DNA from: Candidatus Nomurabacteria bacterium
GTDB taxonomy: Bacteria > Patescibacteriota > Minisyncoccia > Phycocordibacterales > UBA5272
Length of the DNA stretch: 64,000 nt
Assembly (NCBI GenBank): GCA_037130925.1
Contig: JBAXSC010000003.1
Coordinates: forward strand, 18,712 to 82,711
Direction: 5' to 3'
The position numbers were made by a program, and so were the translations under genes. Below the pieces are notes generated by a model, which saw only the letters and a program-made list of their open reading frames with translations, was not told the DNA's origin and did not search any database. Positions 9,502 to 18,811 of this stretch are shown here, in pieces. The number at the start of each line of letters is the position of its first letter. Positions within the stretch are counted from its first letter, which is position 1.

Positions 9502-9825
9502 ATGAAAAAAGTATCTTCTGGATCTATTCAAGTATTTTTATTAGTTATTTTATTTTTTTGTTATATTATTTTTGTTTGTATTCCTGGTATTAAACATATT
9601 TATGAGGTAAAACAAAAAGCTGTAATTTTATCCTTAATACCAAAAACAGATGTAAGATACACCCACTTAACTAGGTATCAATTACTTTTTAGGGTTAAAT
9701 TTTTGAAAACTGGAAAAGTGTGTGATGCTACGTATTCTATGAAATACACAACAACGATTGTTAATAATAAAGATACTGTTATTATTGATACTGATAATAA
9801 TGAAATCTTGTGTAAGAAAGAATAA
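9502..9825 (+). CDS. Small membrane protein
   Basis: First ATG at 9502 (the track start at 9493 is TTG); N-terminal helix IQVFLLVILFFCYIIFVCI. Confidence 0.45.
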   Translation: MKKVSSGSIQVFLLVILFFCYIIFVCIPGIKHIYEVKQKAVILSLIPKTDVRYTHLTRYQLLFRVKFLKTGKVCDATYSMKYTTTIVNNKDTVIIDTDNNEILCKKE

Positions 9826-9841
9826 TCTACTCTTATTGTAG

Positions 9842-9872
9842 AAAAGTCCCGGATTTAAATCTGGGACTTTTT
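9842..9872. terminator. Bidirectional terminator between convergent genes
   Basis: AAAAGTCCCGG / CTGGGACTTTT hairpin flanked by A- and T-runs. Confidence 0.75.
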
Positions 9873-9875
9873 ATT

Positions 9876-10601
9876 TTAACTTATTTTTATATCCAAAGTC
9901 TTTAATAATTTTTCTACTTCATCTTTTGTTAATTCTTTCATTGTTCCGGATTTTTGACTTCCTAATTTTAAGAATAAAAATCTTACTCTTTTTAATGAAG
10001 AAATAGTTAGATTGAGAGCGTTGAGCATTCTTCTAATCTCGTGTTTCTTTCCTTCTGTTAAAGTAATTTTAATTACGTTTTTATTATCTTCATTAATTTC
10101 AACTTTTTTAGCAGGAGCGTAAATTTCCTCTCTTGTTGTTATTCCTTTTTCTAACAAAGTTTTTACTCTTGGTGTAGCATTTTCTCTCACAGTGACGAGA
10201 TATTCTCTCTCAAATTCATTTTTAGGATTTAATAATTTATCTATTATTCTAAAGTCATTACTATAAATTAAGAGTCCTTCACTTTCTTTATCGAGTCTTC
10301 CTACCGGATCAAGTCTGATACCATCTTTTTCTTTAAAAGCAGTCTCTTCTCCACGTTTTTTATTGTATATAAAATATTTCAAAGTTTCTAGTTTTTGATT
10401 TACGAATACAGAATCTTTATCTTTTACTTTATCTCCAAGTATAGCAATTTTATCATTGATATGGATTTTCTTTTCTGAAATTAATTTATCAGCTTCACGA
10501 CGAGAAAGAACTCCTGATTCGCTCAAGTATTTATTTATTCTCATTTCTTCATTTGGTTTTAGAGTTACTTTTAGTTTCATATTTTTAAAAATTATTTTCA
10601 T
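9876..10601 (-). CDS. Pseudouridine synthase, RsuA/RluB family
   Basis: S4 domain (RINKYLSESGVLSRREADKLI) plus catalytic GRLDKESEGLL motif. Confidence 0.85.
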   Translation of the reverse strand: MKIIFKNMKLKVTLKPNEEMRINKYLSESGVLSRREADKLISEKKIHINDKIAILGDKVKDKDSVFVNQKLETLKYFIYNKKRGEETAFKEKDGIRLDPVGRLDKESEGLLIYSNDFRIIDKLLNPKNEFEREYLVTVRENATPRVKTLLEKGITTREEIYAPAKKVEINEDNKNVIKITLTEGKKHEIRRMLNALNLTISSLKRVRFLFLKLGSQKSGTMKELTKDEVEKLLKTLDIKIS

Positions 10602-11898
10602 TAAATTTCATCCATGCTTTTTCTGCTGTCTTTTCTTTTTTAATTTCTTCTTTTTCTATTTTCTCGTTTATTTCTTTATTTTTAGATTTCATTTCTTCTT
10701 TTAGCTTATTTTTAGCTTCTGTATCTTGTATCTTTAATATAGAAAATATGGCTAAAAATCCTATTAATCCAACTATTAGAAACATTACATTTAAATCTAT
10801 ACTAAAAAAATTAATAAGTAAAGCCCCGATAATAGAAACGAAGAGAAATCCTATATTAGACATGTTTTGAAATAGGGCTATTAACCCAGCACTACTGCCA
10901 TCTATTTTTTTGTAGAAGTAAGCATAATTCTCTGTTTCTGTGATAGTTGCACCTAATCTTGCTAAGAATAAGATAAGTATCCAAACAAAAATATTATTAG
11001 TTGTAATATTAAATAAATATATTGAAACAAGCATAAGACTTGTTAAGAAAATACCAAATAACATTGCTTTCTTTTCTCCAAAAATCTGATCAGAGTATTT
11101 TCCTAGTTCATAAGGAATGAGAATAAAAGGTATTACAGAAATAGGAGTGATTATTCCTAAATATAATAATACAGGTATTCCTAGATTATGAGTTAAATAA
11201 AGAACTAAATAAATATTTATAACAGCATAAAAAGAATTTAAAGCAAAAGAAGATGAGATGACCCCTCTAATGTTTATATCTTTTTTAATTATTTTTAAAT
11301 CTTTAAAAAGATTTATATGTTTATATTTTGGCTCTATTACATGATTAAAAAATCTATGTGTAAGATAAAATAATGGTAACAAAGTTAAGCTACTTAAAAG
11401 AAATATTCCAGTATATCCGATAAGGTTAAAAAATTGTGCCGCTACAAAAGGTGCTGTAATAGCTCCAAAGTTATAAAGGGTTAAAACTGTTCCTCTAATA
11501 GATCCAATATTTTCATGATCAGAAAATTCTTCTATAAAAATATTTATCGATACCCATATAATAGTGACTAAAATTATATGAAGTACAGATAATAATATTA
11601 TAAAAAATAAATTAAAATTATGAGCAAAGATTAAAGCTAAAGTAGAAAAGAACTGCAGCCCTATTACAAACATTAAGCTTTTATAATTTGTAAATTTTTT
11701 AAGAATATCTCCAAAAAAATTGGATAATATTATAGATATTAATGCACTACCTGCAAATATCATAGACAAAGCTATTTGGCTAAAATATTGACTCAAGAAA
11801 TCAGAAAATAAAAAATATACTAAGAAATAATGAAATGCAAAAAATACGGTTGCAACATAGGCTATACTTAATAGTCTTTTTTTTAATCCGTTATCCAT
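10585..11898 (-). CDS. MFS-type transporter with KE-rich C-terminal tail
   Basis: 437 aa, about 12 hydrophobic helices in a 6+6 layout. Confidence 0.6.
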   Translation of the reverse strand: MDNGLKKRLLSIAYVATVFFAFHYFLVYFLFSDFLSQYFSQIALSMIFAGSALISIILSNFFGDILKKFTNYKSLMFVIGLQFFSTLALIFAHNFNLFFIILLSVLHIILVTIIWVSINIFIEEFSDHENIGSIRGTVLTLYNFGAITAPFVAAQFFNLIGYTGIFLLSSLTLLPLFYLTHRFFNHVIEPKYKHINLFKDLKIIKKDINIRGVISSSFALNSFYAVINIYLVLYLTHNLGIPVLLYLGIITPISVIPFILIPYELGKYSDQIFGEKKAMLFGIFLTSLMLVSIYLFNITTNNIFVWILILFLARLGATITETENYAYFYKKIDGSSAGLIALFQNMSNIGFLFVSIIGALLINFFSIDLNVMFLIVGLIGFLAIFSILKIQDTEAKNKLKEEMKSKNKEINEKIEKEEIKKEKTAEKAWMKFNENNF

Positions 11899-11920
11899 AT
11901 AATATAAAATATATTTTATA

Positions 11921-13798
11921 TTATACCACTATAATAACAGGGATAATTACAGGTCTTTTAGCTGTTTTTTGTAACAAGTATTTAGACACAGACTCATTTA
12001 GGTCGTCCTTTATCTCATCCATTGTTGCATTTACATTTTTTTCTAATCTATCTTCAATTACTTTTTTAGCTAGTGAACGTGTCTGGTAAAGTAAGTCTTG
12101 AGATTCTTTTAGATAAACAAATCCACGAGAAATTAGGTCTGGAGATTTTTTCAATTTCTTTGTATGATTGTCTATAACTCCTATAACCACAAACATTCCA
12201 TCTTCTGCTAAAGTTTGTCTATCACGCATGACTACATCTTGAATCTTTCCTACAGACATACCGTCAACGATAATCATTTCATTTGGAGCGAATTCTTTTA
12301 ATGTGACAATTTTTTGTCCTTTGTTTTGAATTTCTATAATCATTCCATTATCTGGGATAATAATATTTTCTTCTGGCATACCAAGCTCTCTTTCAATATC
12401 AGCATGAACTCTTAACATGTAATGATATCCGTGAACAGGAATAAAGAATTTAGGATGAATTTTTTTGTGAATCCAAACTAATTCGTCATGATTAGCATGT
12501 CCTGAAGAGTGGACGTCTGAAGTTTTATAGTGAATAATATGGGCACCTTTACGAGAAAGTTTGTCTTTCAACATTTGAACAGCTCTTTCATTTCCTGGCA
12601 CTACAGAAGATGACATAAGAATAGTTGTTTTTTTATCTAATCTTACATATTTGTGTGTGCCATTTGCGGCTCTATTTAATACAGCAAATTCTTCTCCTTG
12701 AGCTCCTGTTGCAAGTACAACAACTTTATCTTGAGGATAATTATCCATTTCTTCAATAGGAATTATAATATTAGGATCCATTTTTAACAGACCTGCTACT
12801 TTTGCTACTTCAATATTTGTTTTAATACTTCTTCCTTCTACTGCGATTTTTTTACCAAAACTTTCTATCATTTTCATTATTTCTAGCATTCTTTCTACTT
12901 GTGAAGAGAAAGTTGCAATAATTAATCTTCCTGGGGTATCTTTTATTATCTTTCTAATATTTTCAAAAACAACACGATCTGAAATTGAGAATCCTGGATT
13001 TTCACAGTTTGTTGAGTCTGTTAAAAGACAGAGAACATTTCTATTTTCAAAGAATTTATAGTTATTGAATTCACTTTCTGTCGGAATATTATTGTCATGA
13101 TCTAGACGTAAGTCTCCTGTGTGTACAACATCCCCAAAAGGAGTTTCTATCACAAGCCCCATTGAGTCTGGAATAGCATGAGACACGGCAAAGAATTTTG
13201 CTTTTAAATCTCCAAGAGTAACAGTGTCATCTGTTTCGATTATTTCTAGATTTATTGGATCTAAATGAGGGAATTCTTCATGACGTTTTTTAATCATGAG
13301 AGCTGTAAACTGTCTAGCGTAAATTTTTGGATTACCAATTCTTGGTAAGATATAGGGGATTGCTCCAATATGATCAAGATGGGCATGTGTTATAAGCATT
13401 CCTTTAATTTTGTGTTTATTTTCTTCTAAATAGCGAGTATTTGGAAGAATACATTCAATACCAGGAGTTGTACTTTCAGAGAATTGGAATCCACAATCAA
13501 CTACAACTATAGAGTCTTTGTATTCAATACAACTCATATTACGACCAATTTCTTCCACTCCTCCTAGATTTATGATTCTTATTGAGTCTTCAGCAAGAGT
13601 AGGTATGTGGGCTAGTTCTGTAGCTTCTGTTATTTTTGTTTCAAATTTTGGTCCAGCATTTTTACGATTACGTATTGGTGGACGAGAAGATGATCTCTTG
13701 CTCATACTAGCGTAGCTACTACGAGTATTTTTTTCTTTAGCAGGTCTTGGTCCTGCATTATTGCCTTTATAATTATTATTTTTATTATTGTTATCCAT
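11921..13798 (-). CDS. rnj: Ribonuclease J
   Basis: Metallo-beta-lactamase motif ITHAHLDHIG, beta-CASP blocks, RNase J C-terminal domain; Asn/Arg-rich N-terminal extension. Confidence 0.9.
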   Translation of the reverse strand: MDNNNKNNNYKGNNAGPRPAKEKNTRSSYASMSKRSSSRPPIRNRKNAGPKFETKITEATELAHIPTLAEDSIRIINLGGVEEIGRNMSCIEYKDSIVVVDCGFQFSESTTPGIECILPNTRYLEENKHKIKGMLITHAHLDHIGAIPYILPRIGNPKIYARQFTALMIKKRHEEFPHLDPINLEIIETDDTVTLGDLKAKFFAVSHAIPDSMGLVIETPFGDVVHTGDLRLDHDNNIPTESEFNNYKFFENRNVLCLLTDSTNCENPGFSISDRVVFENIRKIIKDTPGRLIIATFSSQVERMLEIMKMIESFGKKIAVEGRSIKTNIEVAKVAGLLKMDPNIIIPIEEMDNYPQDKVVVLATGAQGEEFAVLNRAANGTHKYVRLDKKTTILMSSSVVPGNERAVQMLKDKLSRKGAHIIHYKTSDVHSSGHANHDELVWIHKKIHPKFFIPVHGYHYMLRVHADIERELGMPEENIIIPDNGMIIEIQNKGQKIVTLKEFAPNEMIIVDGMSVGKIQDVVMRDRQTLAEDGMFVVIGVIDNHTKKLKKSPDLISRGFVYLKESQDLLYQTRSLAKKVIEDRLEKNVNATMDEIKDDLNESVSKYLLQKTAKRPVIIPVIIVV

Positions 13799-13816
13799 AT
13801 ATTTTTTATTAATTTA

Positions 13817-15652
13817 TTAATGTATTATGTTTTCTAATTTCTCCTCTAAATCTTTCATATAGCTAAACTTCCAAACTTTTTCTTTATAAATATACCAATC
13901 ACTTATTTCTTGATATCTTTCACTAGGATCTTGCATAGTTGTAGGAATATAATCTTTTATTATTTCTTCTTTTAGTTTATCATTTATTAGGTAATTAAAA
14001 TTATTTGAATAAATTGGTATTGATTGATTTTCATCTGATAACTCTTTATTTATACTATCTATAGCACTTTTTCTTTCATCGTTATCCAAACTACTTTTTA
14101 AAATTTCTAGATTGGTATCTAATTTTTTACTTGCATATCCTGTTATGTTTAATCCTGGATAATTTCTTTGACTTGAATGCCAGTAAGCGTATAAATCTGT
14201 ATCATGATTAATGATTGACCCGAATAGTAATACTTCAAAATTTCTGTTTTTTATAATATCTACAATATCTGCTAAGCTGTATATTTTTGTATTGACATTA
14301 ATTCCTAAATTTTGCCAGTTTTTTGCTATTTCATTTGCTGTATTTTTCAAATCCTCGACATCTGCAGTTGTTATTGTTATTTGAATATTTTTATTTTTTA
14401 AAGTATCTCCTAATAAATTTTTTGCAATATCTATTCTTGATATATATACTCCAGAAGTTGTAGAGTTAATTATTTTTTGGTTATTTATAATTTGGTTTTT
14501 CATTTCACTATTATCATATGTAGAATTATTTGTATTTTGAAAAACATAATCCATTTTTCTTGCGTACCCATCAAAATAAGTATTTATTATATTTTGTTTG
14601 TCTATTGCTGTTGATAATCCACTACGAGTTTGTTTTGTTGAAAATAGATTATTTTTTGTAGGATTAAAAGATAGTGAAAATAGATTAGGTAGAGTGCTAG
14701 ATATAATATTTATGTTTTTAATATTTATGTTTTTATAATAGCTGGCAGGTAAATATCCAGTTGCGTCTATTTCATTATTTAATAATGCAGAAGATAAAGC
14801 TTTTTCATCTGAATAAGTAAATATATTTATATAATCAATAAAAGGTCTTCCTAAAAGATAATCTTTAAAAGATGATAATTTATACTCTTTAATTAAATTA
14901 GAACTTTTTACTACGTTAGATATTTTATAAGGTCCAGATCCTATTGGATTTGTATTGTAGTCAGCAAGAGAAAATTCTTCATCAGAAACGTCTCCCCAAA
15001 TATGTTTTGGTAAAATACCAAAGTCTAATGATTCGTCAAAATAATAATAAGGTCTTTTTAAATGAAATATTATAGTTTTGTCATTAACTTTTTCCACAGA
15101 AACTCCTTCAAAGTTTATAGCTAAAGGACTGTCTATATTTTTGTCTTGTATTTTAGATATTGTAAAAATAATATCATCAGCTGTTATTTTTTTACCATCT
15201 TGAAATTTGGCATTATCATCTATTGATACAGTATAGGTTAAATTGTCATCACTCTCTTCTATATTATCTGCTACATCGGTTATCATATTTCCATCTTTGT
15301 CTTTTTTTAGTAGTCCAGAATAAATAAGAGACGTTAAGTCTTTATCAGCCTCAGAAGTTGCTAAAACAGGATTTATATATCTAGGGGTGCCCAATATTCC
15401 TTCATTCCATGTTCCTCCATAAGTTGGAACTTCTATTATAAATTGATTACTTAATGTATTAATTGAAAGCAAGATAAAAATTATTCCTATAATTATTAAA
15501 GACCAAAAAATTGTTATTTTTTTTGTATTTAAAGATTTGTACGTCAAAATATAAGAAGATTTTATATTTTTTATCTTCTTATTTATAATTTTCAGAAAAC
15601 TTTTTTTTCTTTTTTCTTTTTTATAGTTAACTATAGGTATATTTTCTTGCAT
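13817..15652 (-). CDS. ABC-transporter substrate-binding protein, family 5 (peptide/nickel type), membrane-anchored
   Basis: GGTWNEGILGTPRYINPVLA ... LTYTVSIDDNAKFQDGKKITADDIIFT, typical of SBP_bac_5; N-terminal TM anchor; no permease or ATPase gene nearby. Confidence 0.75.
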   Translation of the reverse strand: MQENIPIVNYKKEKRKKSFLKIINKKIKNIKSSYILTYKSLNTKKITIFWSLIIIGIIFILLSINTLSNQFIIEVPTYGGTWNEGILGTPRYINPVLATSEADKDLTSLIYSGLLKKDKDGNMITDVADNIEESDDNLTYTVSIDDNAKFQDGKKITADDIIFTISKIQDKNIDSPLAINFEGVSVEKVNDKTIIFHLKRPYYYFDESLDFGILPKHIWGDVSDEEFSLADYNTNPIGSGPYKISNVVKSSNLIKEYKLSSFKDYLLGRPFIDYINIFTYSDEKALSSALLNNEIDATGYLPASYYKNINIKNINIISSTLPNLFSLSFNPTKNNLFSTKQTRSGLSTAIDKQNIINTYFDGYARKMDYVFQNTNNSTYDNSEMKNQIINNQKIINSTTSGVYISRIDIAKNLLGDTLKNKNIQITITTADVEDLKNTANEIAKNWQNLGINVNTKIYSLADIVDIIKNRNFEVLLFGSIINHDTDLYAYWHSSQRNYPGLNITGYASKKLDTNLEILKSSLDNDERKSAIDSINKELSDENQSIPIYSNNFNYLINDKLKEEIIKDYIPTTMQDPSERYQEISDWYIYKEKVWKFSYMKDLEEKLENIIH

Positions 15653-15736
15653 CTTTTTAGATTAATTTAAAAAATAATCAAGAAATTTTGAAGCAATTAA
15701 AGGGGATATAAAATATTTTAGATATAAATCTAAAGA

Positions 15737-15952
15737 TTATTTTACAAAAAAAGCAATAAAATTAATCGCTACAAAAATAATAGCCACAACTATAGTCGTT
15801 TGAAATAATAACTTTTCTAAACCTCTTTTTCTGGTAGTTATACCAAGAGAATCTCCGCCTAGTCCTGCTCCATCTGTATTTGATTTTTGCATTAATACTA
15901 GAACTATGAGTAAAATAGAGGTGATTACGATTGTAATTGATAGCCAATTCAT
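15737..15952 (-). CDS. secG: Preprotein translocase subunit SecG
   Basis: 71 aa, two TM helices, LVLMQKSNTDGAGLGG motif. Confidence 0.8.
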   Translation of the reverse strand: MNWLSITIVITSILLIVLVLMQKSNTDGAGLGGDSLGITTRKRGLEKLLFQTTIVVAIIFVAINFIAFFVK

Positions 15953-15961
15953 GATGGATAC

Positions 15962-15990
15962 ATTATATCAAAATAAAATATTTTTGCAAA
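15962..15990 (-). promoter_or_regulatory. secG promoter (near-leaderless)
   Basis: Minus strand reads TTTGCA, 17-nt spacer, TGATATAAT; the -10 ends 9 nt before the secG ATG at 15952. Confidence 0.6.
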
Positions 15991-16020
15991 CCTCTATTTT
16001 ATACTGTTGTTAATATCTAT

Positions 16021-16055
16021 ATAAAAAAATAAAGCGTTTTTTCGCTTTATTTTTT
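16021..16055 (-). terminator. Intrinsic terminator of the 16084-16674 gene
   Basis: AATAAAGCG / CGCTTTATT hairpin with flanking A/T runs. Confidence 0.7.
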
Positions 16056-16083
16056 AAGTATATTGTTTAACCTAATTTGATTA

Positions 16084-16674
16084 TTATTTTCTACCAAATA
16101 AATTTTTTAAAAAACCACCTATACGACTAAAGAAATTTGCATGTTCAGCTTCTTGTGGCTTTGTTGTTGAAGCTGTAGAAGTTGACCAGTCATTATTTTC
16201 TCTTTTTCCATCATTTTTATTCCAATTTTGTTGTCCTGTTTCATCGCGAATAATTTTCGCTGAGATATTATTGCCTAATATTAATCCGTTTATCATTACT
16301 CTGTCATTTATGGAAATATTGGATAGATTAGTAGTTGATCCATTTTTTATAATAATAGAAGTAGATGCATCTACAGTATAAATTTTAGTAGTACTTGATA
16401 TTGTAGAAGTGGAATGTTTTAACTCTGGCATCATTTTTGTTTCTGATACAGTTAAAATATTTCCTGTTATCGATGTAATAATACCGACTAAAGGTTTGTT
16501 GTCTTTGTTATTTTCTTGTCCTTGCCTCATCATATTTCCAGGCTTTTCTGGATTATTTCCTCGCATCATTCCTTTGTTATGTTTTTCTGGAATATTTTGA
16601 GCTCCCGCCAGAACTATAGTAATAGACGATATTAATATAATTCCTGTTGCTATACTTTTTAAGTTTTTTTTCAT
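16084..16674 (-). CDS. Secreted/anchored protein with DUF5666-like beta domain
   Basis: N-terminal signal/anchor; GIITSITGNILTVSE ... IYTVDASTSIIIKNGSTTNLSNISINDRVMINGLILGNNISAKII; paralogue of the next gene. Confidence 0.5.
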   Translation of the reverse strand: MKKNLKSIATGIILISSITIVLAGAQNIPEKHNKGMMRGNNPEKPGNMMRQGQENNKDNKPLVGIITSITGNILTVSETKMMPELKHSTSTISSTTKIYTVDASTSIIIKNGSTTNLSNISINDRVMINGLILGNNISAKIIRDETGQQNWNKNDGKRENNDWSTSTASTTKPQEAEHANFFSRIGGFLKNLFGRK

Positions 16675-16695
16675 TTTTTTTTTATTTAAAAAGTA

Positions 16696-17169
16696 TTATT
16701 TCTTTTTTGTTTTAGTTGTTTTCTTAATAGTTTTTTTTATTGTTTTATTAATTTGTTGTTTGTTTTCTACGTGTATAGATTTAGCGGAAACATTAGTGCC
16801 AACAATTGTTCCGTTAACAAGTATTTTGTCATTTATTGAAAGTATTGAAATTCCAGTACTTGTTGCTCCAGGCTTTATAATTATAGAACTTGAAGCATCT
16901 ATTGTATAAGTTGTTGTTGAAGAAGCTTCACCAACAGAAATAGCAATTGTATTTCCGTCGATTGCTGTAATTGTTCCCGATATGGAATGTTTGATTATTT
17001 GTTGTGTAGATTTTGTTTTTTTAACAATAGTTACTTTCTTGTGTAAGTTTCTGTGAGGGAAAGTACTTGTTGAGCTTGTAGCTGTTTGTGCGCCAGCAAG
17101 AGTTACACTAAGAGCACCAATCAATATTGCTCCTGTAGCAATTTTTTTTAATTTTGTAAATTTGTTCAT
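16696..17169 (-). CDS. Secreted/anchored protein with DUF5666-like beta domain (paralogue)
   Basis: GTITAIDGNTIAISVGE ... TYTIDASSSIIIKPGATSTGISILSINDKILVNGTIVGTNVSAKSI aligns with the 16084-16674 product. Confidence 0.5.
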   Translation of the reverse strand: MNKFTKLKKIATGAILIGALSVTLAGAQTATSSTSTFPHRNLHKKVTIVKKTKSTQQIIKHSISGTITAIDGNTIAISVGEASSTTTYTIDASSSIIIKPGATSTGISILSINDKILVNGTIVGTNVSAKSIHVENKQQINKTIKKTIKKTTKTKKK

Positions 17170-17301
17170 ATTATTTTATTGGTATTAATTAAATATTTAA
17201 TTTTAAAACAGTGTTAAATTAAAGCATTTACACACCTGTATACTATTATACTATTAAAATCTTTTTTTATTACAAATAATTAATAAAAGTGTTTGTTTTT
17301 T

Positions 17302-17312
17302 TATGATAGAAT
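17302..17312 (+). promoter_or_regulatory. Extended -10 promoter, TATGATAGAAT
   Basis: 11-mer variant; the ATG inside it is the track's ORF start at 17303 and is probably not a start codon. Confidence 0.55.
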
Positions 17313-17350
17313 ATATTTATAAATATAAAATTGGTTTCTTAATTATTTTT

Positions 17351-18784
17351 ATGAAAATAAATTTTTTAAGAGTGCTTCTTTTTTTAAGTATAATTTTATA
17401 CTCTTGTTTTATTTCTTTTGCTTTACAAATAAAAAATGTTAACTATTCAGCCAGTAATAATAATGATAGATGGATAGAAATATATAATGACGGTCCTAAT
17501 ATTTCTGATTTTACTATTTCTGATTATAAAATTTTAGATTCCAAAGATACCATTAAACACGGAATAAATACTATGCAGGGTGATATTTCTTTTCTTTCCG
17601 GAAGTACAATTTTCATTTCTCCTTCTGTAAATATTCCATCAGGAGCGACTAAAGTTTTTAAGAGTACTTATATTTTGGATAAAACAAGTGGATATATTTC
17701 TATTATTAACTCCGACAACTCTGGCACTTATAATTGTTTTAGTTATGGGTCCGTTCCTTGCCCTAATTCTAATTCTATTGCCGGTCAGGATAATTCAACT
17801 TCTACGAATAATGTTTCTACAAGTACAGAACAGAATATTTCTACTAGCACTTCCGATATTTTAAATTCAAATAGTATAGTCTATATGTATGTTCCTGTTA
17901 ATAACCAAAATAAATATGGAGACATACAAGTTTTATTGCCAGAAGAAAAAACAGTACCTGCTGGTGCTGATGTAGAATATAACGTCAAAGTTATAGATTC
18001 TCATAAAAATGTATTGACCGGATTAGATTTTGACTGGAGTTTTGGTGATGGAGGAGAGAGGGATAGTAAGACTGTTATCTATCATTATGTTTATCCTGGA
18101 GAATATACATTAATAGCTAGTGCTGACGGGTATAATGGTGGAGCTCAGGCAAGAATGAAAGTTTTGGTTATCAATCCTGATATTTCTATTTCAAAAGTAG
18201 GTATTGGTGGAAATGAAAATTATATTGATTTAAAAAATAATACTGATTATGATTTATTTTTATCTAATTTTTATTTAAATATAGATAATAATTTTTATAA
18301 ACTTCCGAAAAATTTTCTTATAGCAAAAAATAAGACAGTACATATTTCCGGTGAAGCTTTAAATTTTAAATTGCCAGCAGTAAATATTTCTTTAAATTAT
18401 CCAAATAAAACAATATTAACTTCTTATACTTTAAATATCCTTGCTACAAGTTCTGTTTCTGATTTAAATTCTTCTTCTACAAATAAAGATCAGATAGTTG
18501 TGCAAGATGAGAATGTTAAGAAAAATAATATATCCAATATTACTGATCCTAAATTTACAGAAATTAATTCTTTAGAAAAAACAAATAAAACAGTGCCTCA
18601 TAAGATAAATACAGACATAAGTATAAAAGATAATAAAGATAGTTTAATTTTAAAACGTTTGATTTTAAATGGCTCTATGGATACTATAAATAAAAAAGAA
18701 TCAGAAAATGTAAAACCAAATGTTAAGAATAATGAAAGTGTGGATATCGGAATAATAAAATGGTTTAAAAGTCTGTTATACTAA
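17351..18784 (+). CDS. Secreted protein with lamin-tail (LTD)-like and PKD-like domains
   Basis: Start moved to MKINFLRVLLFLSIILYSCF (signal-like); NDRWIEIYNDGPNISDFTISDYKILD (LTD-like); FDWSFGDGGERDSKTVIYHYVYPGEYTL (PKD-like). Confidence 0.5.
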   Translation: MKINFLRVLLFLSIILYSCFISFALQIKNVNYSASNNNDRWIEIYNDGPNISDFTISDYKILDSKDTIKHGINTMQGDISFLSGSTIFISPSVNIPSGATKVFKSTYILDKTSGYISIINSDNSGTYNCFSYGSVPCPNSNSIAGQDNSTSTNNVSTSTEQNISTSTSDILNSNSIVYMYVPVNNQNKYGDIQVLLPEEKTVPAGADVEYNVKVIDSHKNVLTGLDFDWSFGDGGERDSKTVIYHYVYPGEYTLIASADGYNGGAQARMKVLVINPDISISKVGIGGNENYIDLKNNTDYDLFLSNFYLNIDNNFYKLPKNFLIAKNKTVHISGEALNFKLPAVNISLNYPNKTILTSYTLNILATSSVSDLNSSSTNKDQIVVQDENVKKNNISNITDPKFTEINSLEKTNKTVPHKINTDISIKDNKDSLILKRLILNGSMDTINKKESENVKPNVKNNESVDIGIIKWFKSLLY

Positions 18785-18811
18785 ACACAAGATTAAAGAA
18801 TTCTGATTTTT

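Noticed and set aside
10456-10704. Plus-strand 82-aa ORF rich in F/L/I across the rluB-like / MFS gene junction
   Set aside because: It is antisense to two supported genes and its low-complexity sequence derives from their Lys/Glu-rich codons.
17303-17350. Track start of ORF 17303-18784 (MIEYIYKYKIGFLIIF)
   Set aside because: The ATG is part of the promoter 11-mer TATGATAGAAT. The signal-peptide-like sequence begins at the ATG at 17351.
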